A stretch of 64,000 bases of DNA from Moniliella sp. 'wahieum' (lineage: Eukaryota): assembly GCA_003971905.1 (NCBI GenBank), contig RSEE01000083.1:124001-188000 (forward strand). The letters run 5' to 3'. The position numbers and the translations under genes are program-made. Below the pieces are notes generated by a model. The model had not been told where the DNA came from. It was given only the letters and a program-made list of their open reading frames with translations, and ran no database searches. The first letter of the stretch is position 1. Every line of letters begins with the position of its first letter. Below, piece by piece: positions 33,948 to 44,871 of the stretch.

Positions 33948-36900
33948 GGGGGTGGGGTGGGCGGCGGATGCGGGTGCGGGGAGGGTGGGTGCAGGTGGGG
34001 AGGCGGGGGGCAGGAGGGGGGGCGTCGAAGGGAAGGAGACGGGGAAGGAGAAGGGGAGGGAGAAGCAGAAGGAGAAGCAGAAGGAGAAGCAGAAGGAGAA
34101 GGAAAGGAAAGGAAAAGAAAAAGGGGGCGCGAAGGGGACGGAGAGGAGAAGGGGAACAAGAAGGAGAAGCGGGACAGGCAGGGGACGGCGCGGGGGAAGA
34201 CGACGGGGAAGGAAAGGGACGCGGTCGGCGCAGTGCGCGGCGAGAGCACAGACAAGCGGGGGGGCAGGCGGGGGCGGAAGAGGCAGCTTATAATATAGCC
34301 CAAGCGACGCTGGCTGGCTGGCTGCGATGGTGGCAGCGTTTCATAAACCGGGGGAGGCGGCCCATCCAGGCGGCTGGCAGACACACCTCGGCCTGCACAC
34401 TGCCCCTGCGCCAGCGCCTTCTGCCCGTACCACGCCACTGTCTGCAACCTTCTCCGCGCCTGCCGCCCGTGCCTGTCCTGGGCGCGGCTGCTATCCGAGC
34501 TGCGACGGCCGCTGCTCCCCATTCCACCCGCCCAGCAGGCCCATCCCTCCCACGCCCGCTCCCGCCGCCCGCATCCTGCCCCCCCCGCGCTGCGCCGTGC
34601 CGCATCCTTCCCCCGCCACGCCGCTGTTCTCTCTTCCTCCTCTGGCGGGGGGTAGCCAGCGTCTCTCGGCACGCGAGACGGTCGGGTGTTCCTCAGCCTC
34701 CGACCGACAACACACGTCTGCCATGTTTCATCATCTGGCACGAGCCGGCCGGCCCGCCCCACCGCGCGCCATATGGCGCTCACATCCAACCAGAACCCAC
34801 TTCTGTGTGTAACGCGTGGACGGCTTGATCCAGTACTGAGAGCTGGATTGCCCTATTAATCTTCGCGGGTCGTATACAGAGCGGCGGAGGGGACATGTTA
34901 TAGCGTCTTGATGAGCGATGAGGGAGGCCTCGGAGCATCTGGGTTAGGGTGCCCCAAATGCACGAAAAAAAAATCAAAAACCCTCAATAGTATACTGTGC
35001 GCAGCCACAACCGTTCTGCTCGCTCTCAGCGAAGGCCGGGCAAAAGCTGCTCTGGCCCTGGTTATAACTTCAAGGCCCAAGCGGGTCTGGTGGCGTATAG
35101 ACCAACTCTGCACTTAGGTGGTCGAAACGCTTGCTGTATCATCAAGCTCACGAGAAGAACAGGTCGAGCTCAGAGATCATCATTCATGCAATACAACCTA
35201 CCCGCAGAAGGCACCTATCGGGCTTGCCTCCATCCTCAATTCACCCGAGTCCCCAAAGCTCGGATGATTATCCAGCATGGAGGGAGGTCAAAGGCTGAGC
35301 GTCTCCCCATCTGTGGCGATGAAGAGCGACTCGGGCGCCGAGGAGAGCCCACGTTGAGCACGTTAATCAGCCAGGCTTGCCTCCTTGTTGCCCCTACACC
35401 GGAAGACATGTGCCCCTCCCCCGTTTCAGCCACAGATGCGGAGAACAGAGAGGGCGGAATGGAGCGGAATAGACGCGGGAATTGGGCAGCACCTGCGAGG
35501 GCGCGGGGGCACAGCAAATAAACTCGTTATATATAGTCTGCCTGGCCGCCTGAGGCCTTCTGAGGCCTGAGGCTCAGGCCGGCTCAGGTCTGACCCGAGG
35601 GTAGCCTCTGCAGTGGTTACTGCTTACTTAGCCTAGCTGAGGCCTCCTTATCATAGGCGCGATCCTACTACTCGCCCTGCTCCTATGCGCACCCCACCGC
35701 AGCTGGCGACATACACCACTTGCACATCTCCTCTCCGCATCCTTTCTCCCCTAATACCCCCCGCGTCGCCGTCCTAGCCCCCGCGCCAAGAACATTTTTT
35801 GCCTATTCAAAAGGACTCTTCTCCCTCAAAGTCTTGGAGTGGGCGCGCTAGCCATCTTGGACGCCAGTGCCGATCTCGCATCACCCAGGCGTCCCAAGCC
35901 AGCATCCCCCCGCCTCAGGCACGCCGTGTCGCCGCTTCCCATCTGGAGCCCAGGCGAGGAGAGCGTTGTTCCGTCCTTGGCATAATGCACTATTAGTCAT
36001 ACAAAACAAGAATCAGCTAGAGGAGGTACTTCCGGTAACCACAGTTACTCCTGCCAACCAGTTCGATCGATTCACGGCCCAGCCTGAGCTCCTTCATTTC
36101 AGCTGCGGCTCCCCTCGGTAGAATCTTCTTCGTTGGTGGGTGCTTCCTTGTGACAAAACATCATCGACATCACCCTTGTGCAAGTAGGGCAAAATTGTCC
36201 TGTTCGTACCATCCCATCATGGTTCGGTGACACTCTGGTTCCAAAAACACGTGGGGGTCTGCAGGTGCTGCGTCCGTCGGATGGAACAGGACAGAACTTA
36301 CTCGAATGGAGTGCCCTTCTCCAAAGTCCAGCATCGGGCAACTACTAATGCCGATGGCCTGTTCGAAGTGGCCATCTCGGGCCCCAGCACCTCCCTCAAA
36401 CACGACCCAAGCGGTTCGGCGCGCGCATCTGGCACCCCCATGTGTCGTCGAAGGTGCGGAGAAGGCAACGTTGGCCGTTATAGGCAGCGTGCTGACCCAT
36501 CTTGGTGGCCCCCGTGAGCAGACGGGCGAGACTGCTTGGATGTGCTACAAAGTCAATAGACGCCAGTTTAGAAGATGTAATCGTTGTGCTTGGTCATGCT
36601 GGTGCTGCGGATGAGCCGGAACCTGACTCGCCGCTCAATGTGGATGCAGCCAACGTGTTGCGTGCGTAGGATGCGGTAGCGTAGTGGTCGGCGTGTCATG
36701 CGTACATGTTGCTGTACGCGTCTGAGCCCAAGTAAAAATTGCTCCTGTGGAGATGTAATGTGGGAGAGTTGGAGTGTGTGTGTTCGCCCGGCAGTTGTAG
36801 CCTCAAGCGTCGTGGCCGTACAAACACGCTGGGTGCTGTATGCCGTATCTTGAGCCCCGGGGATTTCGCGCAAGCTTACGTTACTGGGTTCTGGGTTGCT

Positions 36901-37675
36901 CTGCTTCTGGGATCGACCAGAACAGGCGGCCGGGAATTGGGAATTGCAACTGGTCTACAAGGCAACAGAAGGCGGGATGGGGGGAGACGAGTGTGAATTG
37001 AGATGGAGAGAAGGACAGGATGCATGTCCAAGCAAGAAGAGGAAATCAACAAGTGTGAAGTGTTTGGTTGTTTGCGCTCCAAATTATGTGCTCCCGCTGG
37101 GGGCGTGTAGGCCAGAGCACATACTCAAACGGAGCGCAAGCTAGGCTCCATCTGGGAGCAGTCCACTGCAAGGCACTTGCAGTGGCCAGGGACGAGCCAC
37201 GCACAGAGCATAAGCTCCGCGCGGCCGTCGTTGAGCACCACGAGGATGCGCCTGGAAGCTCGCTGGTGGAAAAGAAAAAGCGCCCTTCGCACCCATCCTC
37301 GGCAGCCCCTCCCACCCCCACAATTCCGCCCTGGGATACTCCGTTCCGCCGTAACCCTCCACTGCGAGGGTAGTGGCGGTAGGCGGCAGGCGTTAAGCCT
37401 TAAAATTTAAGCCGGCAGGACGCCACATCATGGCACCAGGATGTGACGTCACTGGTGGGACCACCAGCCCTGGCGCATCACGTGGTGATGAAAGGGTGAT
37501 GTGGACTTGGGCCTGCCAGGCGAACCGCGGCGATTGTGGTCGAATGCCGAACGGGGGCAGCGTCAGCCGCCGAATTGGGCGCCGAGCCCCATGTCACACA
37601 TCACACATCACACATTGCACGCGCACATTCGTCTTCTTGCTGCCCGCTTCCCCCCCCACCACACCCAGGGCCACG

Positions 37676-39807
37676 ATGACCACTGCTCCGTCGCAGGTCA
37701 AGAAGGATGCGCATCCATGGGACCGCGCTCTGCTCGAAGGGCTGATCACTAAGCGCTTTTTCTACAACCCCTCCTTTGAGATCTACGGCGGTACGTGTCC
37801 CTTGTCATTTCTTGTCTGATCTCATATCTCACTTCTCACTGGTCAGCCCTGCCGCCTGTCTGCCCACTCGCCCTCCTTCCGTTTCCTTGCTTTCTTTTGC
37901 CCTCGCGGAGCGCTGACAGTCCGTGCCTGATCTGGTAGGTGTCGCGGGTCTGTACGATTATGGTCCGACGGGCGCGGCGCTGCAGGCCAACATTATCTCC
38001 GAGTGGCGTAAGCACTTTATCCTGGAGGAGGACATGCTCGAGGTCGACCCGACCATCATGACGCTTGACGAGGTACTAAAGACGTCGGGCCACGTGGAGA
38101 AATTCACCGACTTTATGTGCCGGGATGTGAAGACGGGGGACATTTTCCGTGCGGACCACTTGATTGAAGGGGTGCTAGAGGCGCGGTTGAAGGGCGATGC
38201 GGAAGCGCGTGCGTTGGAACAGGGCAAGACGATTGACACATCGGCCGATGCGCCGGACGCCAAGGACGACAAGAAGACAGCCAAGAAAAAGAAGATCAAG
38301 TCGACGGCGTCAAGTGGCAGACGAGACCAAGGCGGAGATCGAGTACGTGTTGGCGCAGATTGAAACTACACCGGCCCGCAACTGGGCGAGCTGATCACCA
38401 AATTTGCCATCCGCGCCCCCGAGACGGGCAACGAGGGTGACCGAGCCAGTCGAGTTTAACCTCATGTTTTCCACGGAGATTGGTCCGACCGGGACGCAAA
38501 AGGGCTACCTCCGTCCCGAGACGGCGCAGGGCCACTTTGTCAATTTGCCCGCCTTCTCGAGTTTAACAATGGTCGGATCCCCTTTGCGTCGGCGCACGTG
38601 GCAAGCATCCGCAACGAGATTAGTCCGCGGGCTGGGGGTTGCTGCGCGTGCGCGAATTTGTCATGGGCGAAATTGAGCACTTTGTTGACCCCGAAGACAA
38701 GAGTCACCCGCGCTTTGCCGAGGTGGCGCAGTTGACGCTGCCGTGGCTGCCCAAGGCTACGCAAGAAGCGGGCAAGACCGAGCTTACCTATGCTACCGTG
38801 GGCGATGCGGTGACGCAGGGCATGTGCGACAACGAGACGCGGGGTACTTTGTTGCGCGGATCTGGCAGTTTCTGGAAAAGATTGGCATGGACACCCGTAT
38901 CCGCTTCCGCCAGCACATGCACAACGAAATGGCCCACTACGCGTCCGACTGCTGGGACGCGGAAATCAGAACGTCGTATGGGTGGATCGAAGTGTGGGCT
39001 GTGCAGACCGGAGCGCGTACGACCTTACGGTCCACGCGCGTAGGACCAAGAAGGACCTGTCGGTGCACCAGCTCTTGACCGAGCCCAAGGTGTACGAAAA
39101 GTACATTCCTACTCTCAACAAGAAACTGCTCGGTCCCAAGTTCAAAAGGACGCCAAGGCAGTGGAGGAGAGATTCTTGAGATGGACCAAGCCCAGCTCGA
39201 CGCTTGGCCCACGCCCTCCAAGCGGGCCAGGCCACGATCACCGTCGGTGGCAAGAGCGGGAGTTGAGCTCGGACTTGGTCACGGTGGAGCTCAAGACGGT
39301 CAAGGAACACACGCGGACGTACGTACCGAATGTGATTGAGCCTTCGTTTGGCATGGGCGGATTTTCTATGCCTTGCTCGAGCATGCGTTTGGTCGCGCGA
39401 GGAGGATGCGCAGCGCGGCGTGCTGAGTTTGCCCCCGCTCGTGGCACGTCAAGGCGCTGATCGTGCCCATTTCGTCCAACAAGGAGTTCCAGCCCTTGGT
39501 GCGCGAGGTGACGCGCAAGTTGCGTGCGGCTGGCGTCGCGAGCCGGGTGGACGATAGTAATGCGACCATTGGTCGGCGGTACTCGCGCAACGATGAGCTC
39601 GGCACCCCGTTTGCCTGCACCCTCGACTTTGCGTCGTTGGAGAAAGGTACGATGACGCTGCGCGAGCGCGACACCACGTCCCAGCTCATTGGCCCGATCG
39701 ACGAGGTGATTGCGGTGATCAAGGGCTTGTCGGATGCCACGTTGACCTGGAAAGAGGCCCAGAAGAAGTTGCCCAGCTACAGTGGCGAACAGGATGTGCA
39801 GCAGTAA
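37676..39807 (+). CDS. GRS1: Glycyl-tRNA synthetase (eukaryotic alpha2 type), intron 37791-37938, frameshifted
   Basis: [103 protein letters not shown] and anticodon-binding [15 protein letters not shown]. Confidence 0.96.
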
Positions 39808-40232
39808 GCTAAGTCACCCCCTTTTGCACCTGCTCCTGCTCCTACTCCCTTTTGTCATTCATTGTCTACTTTCTCTCCATACCTATCATCGACAATAACG
39901 CAGTGGTCGGTTGCTAGTAGTCTGTTAGAATGAGAGGTACCCAACGTCCATCCAAGCATGGGAACAGCATCAGGATATACAATTAGACAAATCGAGGAGG
40001 AAGAATCTTAAACCGGGTGCAGAGACGTGGTGTGAGGGGAAGCGCGTCATAAGTACACCCTGACGCAAAGAAAAAAGAAACGATGGACAAGAAAGCGGGA
40101 AAGAAAAGAGGAAGAGGGAAGGGCATACACAACACCAAAGCGCTACACTGAACCTGAACATCAACGCAGTAGGAGACACAGTAGGGGAGGAGGAAAAAGG
40201 ACGGGCGGGGGGGAAACAGGGTCGTGCAGCCG

Positions 40233-41765
40233 TTACGCCCAGACGGGGTCCTGAATTTCGGGGCCCTTGCCAACCGAGTGAACGACCCAGCCGAGCTTGC
40301 GCAACGCCAGCGGATTGACAATGTTGCGGCCATCAAACAGGAAGGCTGGCTTCTTGACACTCTGGTAGATCTTGGCCCAGTCCAAGGAGCGGAACTCGTC
40401 CCATTCGTAATGATTACCACTGCCTCTGCGTCCTGGCACGCCTCCTCGGCCGAGGCGACAATGTGGCCTGTTTTTCGTACAGGTCCGCATCGGACTGAAC
40501 CCCGGGCTCGGTCAGGTCGAGGAAGATCTGGTCCCTGGACACCTTGGGGTCGTAGATGGAAATGTGAGCATTCTCGTTGCGGAAGGCTTTGCATACTGAT
40601 CGCTGCTGTTTCGCGCGTGTCGCCGGTATCCTTTTTGAATGCAAATCCAAGCACGGCAATCTTCTTGTTGGTAATCGTGTTGAACAGCGTCTTGATGACC
40701 TTGTTGGCGAAGCGATCTTTGCTGTACTCGTTCATCTCCACCACTTGGTGCCAGTACGCTGCTACCTCGGGAACCCAGACTCTCTGAGAGCTGTGTGCAA
40801 CAGTCAGTAGACCTCATAGAGAAGGAATGATGAATAGAGAGGGAGGGAGGGGAAGAAAGAAAGAAATAGGAGAATGGAGACGCACGTAAACCAAGTTGAG
40901 AATGTCCTTCTGGAAGCAAAGCCACCAAAGCCGACCGAGGCCTTGAGGAACTTGGGCCCAATTCGGGCGTCGAGACCGCATGCATGAGCAACCTCTTCCA
41001 CGTTTGGCACCGGTCGCCTCGCAGATGGCGGCCATGGCGTTGATGGAAGAAATGCGCTGGGCGAGAGCGTTGGCAGCGAGTTTGGAGAGTTCGGAAGACC
41101 AAGACCAGTGGGTAGATACGTTGCATGGGGACCCGTTGTTGTACACCTCGGCCAGGGCGGCGGCAGCCTTGGTGCCGCTCTCGCTGGGCAGGGAACCGAT
41201 CAAGACACGGTCGGGATTGTTGAGGTCGGGAATGGCGGTGCCTCGGCGAGGAACTCGGGGTTGGACAGAATGTCAAACTGCAGGCCCGGGCGCGAGTTGG
41301 ATTCGAGAATGACACGCATCGAGGCTGCGGTGCGGCAGGGCAAACCGTTGATTTTTCCACAATGATCTTGGAGCTCTCTGCGACGGCGGCGATGCGGCGG
41401 GTAGAGGCCTCGACATAGGCCAGGTCGGCAGCAAAGCCTTTGCCCACGCCGGACTTTTTGGTGGGGTTGACGGAGACAAAGATGAGGTCGGCGTCGCGGA
41501 TGGCAGCGTCAATGTCGGTGGAGAAGAAGAGGTTGCGGCCGCGGCAGCTCTTGACGACGTGGTCGAGGCCAGGCTCGTAGACGGGCAGGTCGTCCGAGTT
41601 CCACGCCGCAATGCGGGTGGGGTTGACATCGACAATGGTGACCTGGATGTGAGGGCAGCGCTGGGCAATGACGCTGCAGGTGGGGCCGCCGACGTAGCCG
41701 GCGCCGATGCAGCAGATCTTGCGCACTGCGGGCGGGGTGGGGGCCGCGGCGGAGGGGACGACCAT
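40233..41765 (-). CDS. UGD1: UDP-glucose 6-dehydrogenase, intron 40791-40885, frameshifted
   Basis: [88 protein letters not shown] and [10 protein letters not shown]. Confidence 0.95.
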
Positions 41766-41980
41766 GATGGGGGGGGGGCAGGTGGAGGGGGCAGGCAATG
41801 GGAGGGGTGGAGAGGCTGTCTTTATTGGCGGCTGGCCACCCGAGGCTGCTGGGACGCAGGCTGGGCCGGCACAGGAGCATGCGGCCTGGCCACGGATGCT
41901 GACAGGCGCTCTGGCTGGGGCGGTGAGCGGTGAGGGATGGGCGAGCGGTAGGGTTGGAGGCGTGCTGATCGGCACGTGCG

Positions 41981-42060
41981 GCTGGCGAGTGCGGGCGAGT
42001 GCGGGCGAGTGCGGGCGAGTGCGGGCGAGTGCGGGCGAGTGCGGGCGAGTGCGGGCGAGT
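41981..42060. repeat. 10-bp minisatellite (GCGGGCGAGT)x7 plus 1 degenerate copy, upstream of UGD1
   Basis: Seven exact copies at 41991-42060, preceded by gctggcgagt. Confidence 0.95.
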
Positions 42061-42737
42061 GCGTGCGTGTGCGTGCAAGTGCAGTGCTGGGCAGTGCTGG
42101 GCAGTGCGGCGGACTGGCTGAGCGGGTGCGCGTCGATCGGAGGGGCGCAGACTCAGATTCGATAGCAAAGCGTCGATCAGCATCGGTCACGCCGCCCAGC
42201 CCAGCGCCTCGGTTGCTGGCGAATACCGGTGGGCAAAAGCGCATGGGAGATCCATCTCCGATCGCCTGTCCTCCTCCAGCGCCTCCTCCCGCCGCCTTTC
42301 TAGGCACCCGAGCGGCGGAGGAGCAGACACTGGGGCGGTGCTGTGTGTTTCTTCGGCTGCGCTTTGGCATTCGACGTCCAACGTTCGATGTTCGACGTTC
42401 GACGTTCGGCTGGGACGCTCGGGGGGTAGCACTTGACGTTTAACACGTTTAACGCTTAACCAGAGCGAGGCCCTAGCAGTTCCTAGATCCTGCTTCAAGC
42501 TTCAGCGTGCCAAGCCCTGCCATGCTCCGCTTCCCATCTCAGATCTCACATTTCATCTTCTAGTGCACACAGCCAATGCCCAATGGGCCTCCCGAACCAC
42601 CCCATTCTCATTCTAACCGTTCGCCAGCCTCGACATTCTCTCCTCCGGCTCATATTCAAACCAGGACTGGGCACTGATCGAGATCCGCAGTGTCCTGTCT
42701 AGGCCCGTGCGAACAGCCATGACTAAGTGACTCCGAT

Positions 42738-42814
42738 CAAGCTTCAAGCTTCAAGTGACTAGTCCTAGTCACTAGTCGAGCTTCAAGCTTCAAGCTCAAG
42801 CTTCAAGCTTCAAG
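42738..42814. repeat. (TTCAAGC)n heptamer stutter in two blocks
   Basis: tcaagcttcaagcttcaag at ~42737-42755 and cttcaagcttcaagctcaagcttcaagcttcaag at 42781-42814. Confidence 0.85.
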
Positions 42815-43438
42815 CGACGAGTGACATGCCATTGTGACATGCATGTGACGCGATGACGGGGTGCCGGTGACCGATTAAGCTGCCATGTCAACATGTCAAC
42901 TTCAACGAGCGCCAAGGGCCCGTGACCTCGGCGAAACGGTACAAGGTGACCGAGCTGATCTGCGCGTAGGCACCTCACGGTGCCGGGGTCTGCCGGGGTC
43001 TGCCAAGGGCCGTGCCCTGCTGCCCCTGCTGCACTTCTCCATCGTCCCCACACGTGAGGGCAATAGATGAGGGGTATGGTTCATGATTGATGAAACGAGC
43101 AAGTACACAGAACCTTCTCCTGGCTTTGCAAGAGTTTGATGCCTCGGTGACAGCAATGCGGTGCTGGTGCGGGTGAGGGGGCGAACAGACAAGAATGAGG
43201 TGAGGCCTGAGGGAGACTGATGGCCCATCGTCTCACCCTTTCTCATCCTGATGATCGTCGTTGATGAATTGGAGCCGCAGTCACATATACAGGCAAACCA
43301 GAGTGCACACTCCTTGTGTGCCCATGGACCACGGCCGTCGCCCTGCAGCATAGGCTGGACGATCAGCACCAGCCACCATCTGACTGGACCGAAGAGAGAG
43401 GGGATACGAGATATCGTGTGCTGAACGTTGAACCCCAT

Positions 43439-44589
43439 TTACAAAAACGAGGACCCCGATGCGGCAAACCGAGTTGAAAGCGTGGCCGCCTCGGCAATCT
43501 TTTTCGCCTTTGCCGACTCGTCCAGCAACTTGCCCCCGGCGCCCAAGGCCGCTTCGCGGTCCCACACAAAAGGCTGTGGCTGAGAGGAGGACGCGCGGGG
43601 AGAAGCGGACCGATCTCGTTTCCGATCGCGGTCACTGCGAGACGGGTGGGAGCGGTGGGAACGGTGGGAACGATGGGAACGATGGGACCGCTCGGCTTCC
43701 TCCTTCGTCTCGCTATGGCGGGAAGAACGATGAGAGCGAGAATGGCGACCTTCCCTGTCCTTCTCCTTCCCTTCTCTTTCTCTTTCTCTTTCTCTTTCTC
43801 TTCCTCCCGGTCCCGGGACCGATGGTGGTCATGGCGATGACGGTGGCGATGCCGGCTCGATTCGTCTTTGCGGTCGCGGTCGTGACGCTGCCCCTGCACC
43901 TCGCTCCGTCTCTTCTCGCGATGCTGGTCCAAGAGGGACTGCGAACGGGAAGGATCAAACCGTGAGATCTCATCACGAAGAAGCTGGGTGCGCTGACGCT
44001 CCCTTGCCTCTTGAGGCTGCGCGGCCAGGTCAGACCCGGTCATGGACAGAGGCGCTACTTCGCCCCGCACTTCGGCCGCTTCCCGCGCTGGCGCTCGGCC
44101 GGCGTCTCGGTCCAAAGCGTCCCTGCGTCAGTTTGGGAGGAAATGCCAGAGCGGGATTGGACCCGTCCGGCTGGCCCCGCGGCCTGGGAAAATCCACGGT
44201 TCTTCACTTGAGCGGGTTCCCGATCACAGACTGCAAGTTGGGACCCGGGAGCGGCGTGAGCATCCATTCATCTCGAGATGGGGGCGCGTTGGCTGCGTCC
44301 TGCTCGGCCTGGGGACAGTGAGTGGGGGTTAGCACTACGTATGGTTTGAGGTGAGTCATGGAAGAAAAAACGCACCTGCCGTGCGGCGTGCATCCGTTCT
44401 TCCTTTTGGCGAAAGGCATGCTCGGCGGCATCCATCCCGGCGGGCGCGCGGGTGCCTGGGCCTGGGCAGGTGCAGGCAAGGGGCCGACACATCGGGCTCG
44501 GAGCTGCTATCAGAGTGCTGGGAGGGCGACGCAGACCGGGGTGGTGCGCGTTCGGAAGCCAGGCCAGGCGGGAGGCTGGGGCCGATCAT
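43439..44589 (-). CDS. GPALPP1 / DUF3752 family protein, intron 44309-44375
   Basis: MIGPSLPPGL start, PPSRDEWMLTPLP, RGFSQ, TLWTETPAERQR, SLLDQHREK, and a C-terminus resembling WDREAALG..LSTRFAASGSSFL stop. Confidence 0.8.
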
Positions 44590-44871
44590 CGCTGGGGTCG
44601 ATGGTTGCAGAGCGGGGGTTGCGCGTTACGAGCGGCCAGCAGCGGAATGGCGAGTGGGCGGGGCTGCCGTTGAAAGTTTGCACAGGCGGGTGCTGGCGCC
44701 ACCCAGAGGAAAATGCAATTTCAAACGAAAACGGATTGGTGTGCGGCCGTGGGCGGCGCAACGCCGCTCGCTCCACCGCATCTGTCTTGGATTGGGCCCC
44801 CCTCAGGCCTCACCACCACCACCACCGCATCCATCCCATCTGCTCCTGGAGAGCCCGCGTTGGAATCCACC

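Noticed and set aside
37140..37270. Sm/LSm-like fragment RRILVVLNDGR on the minus strand
   Set aside because: The rest of the Sm1 motif (G.L..FD...N..L) is absent, and the match is too short to support a call.
4217..41765. Calling COQ6, VPS16, RPS19, ADE4, GRS1 and UGD1 pseudogenes or programmed-frameshift genes
   Set aside because: Catalytic motifs are intact and the indels are scattered across all genes, which sequencing error explains better.
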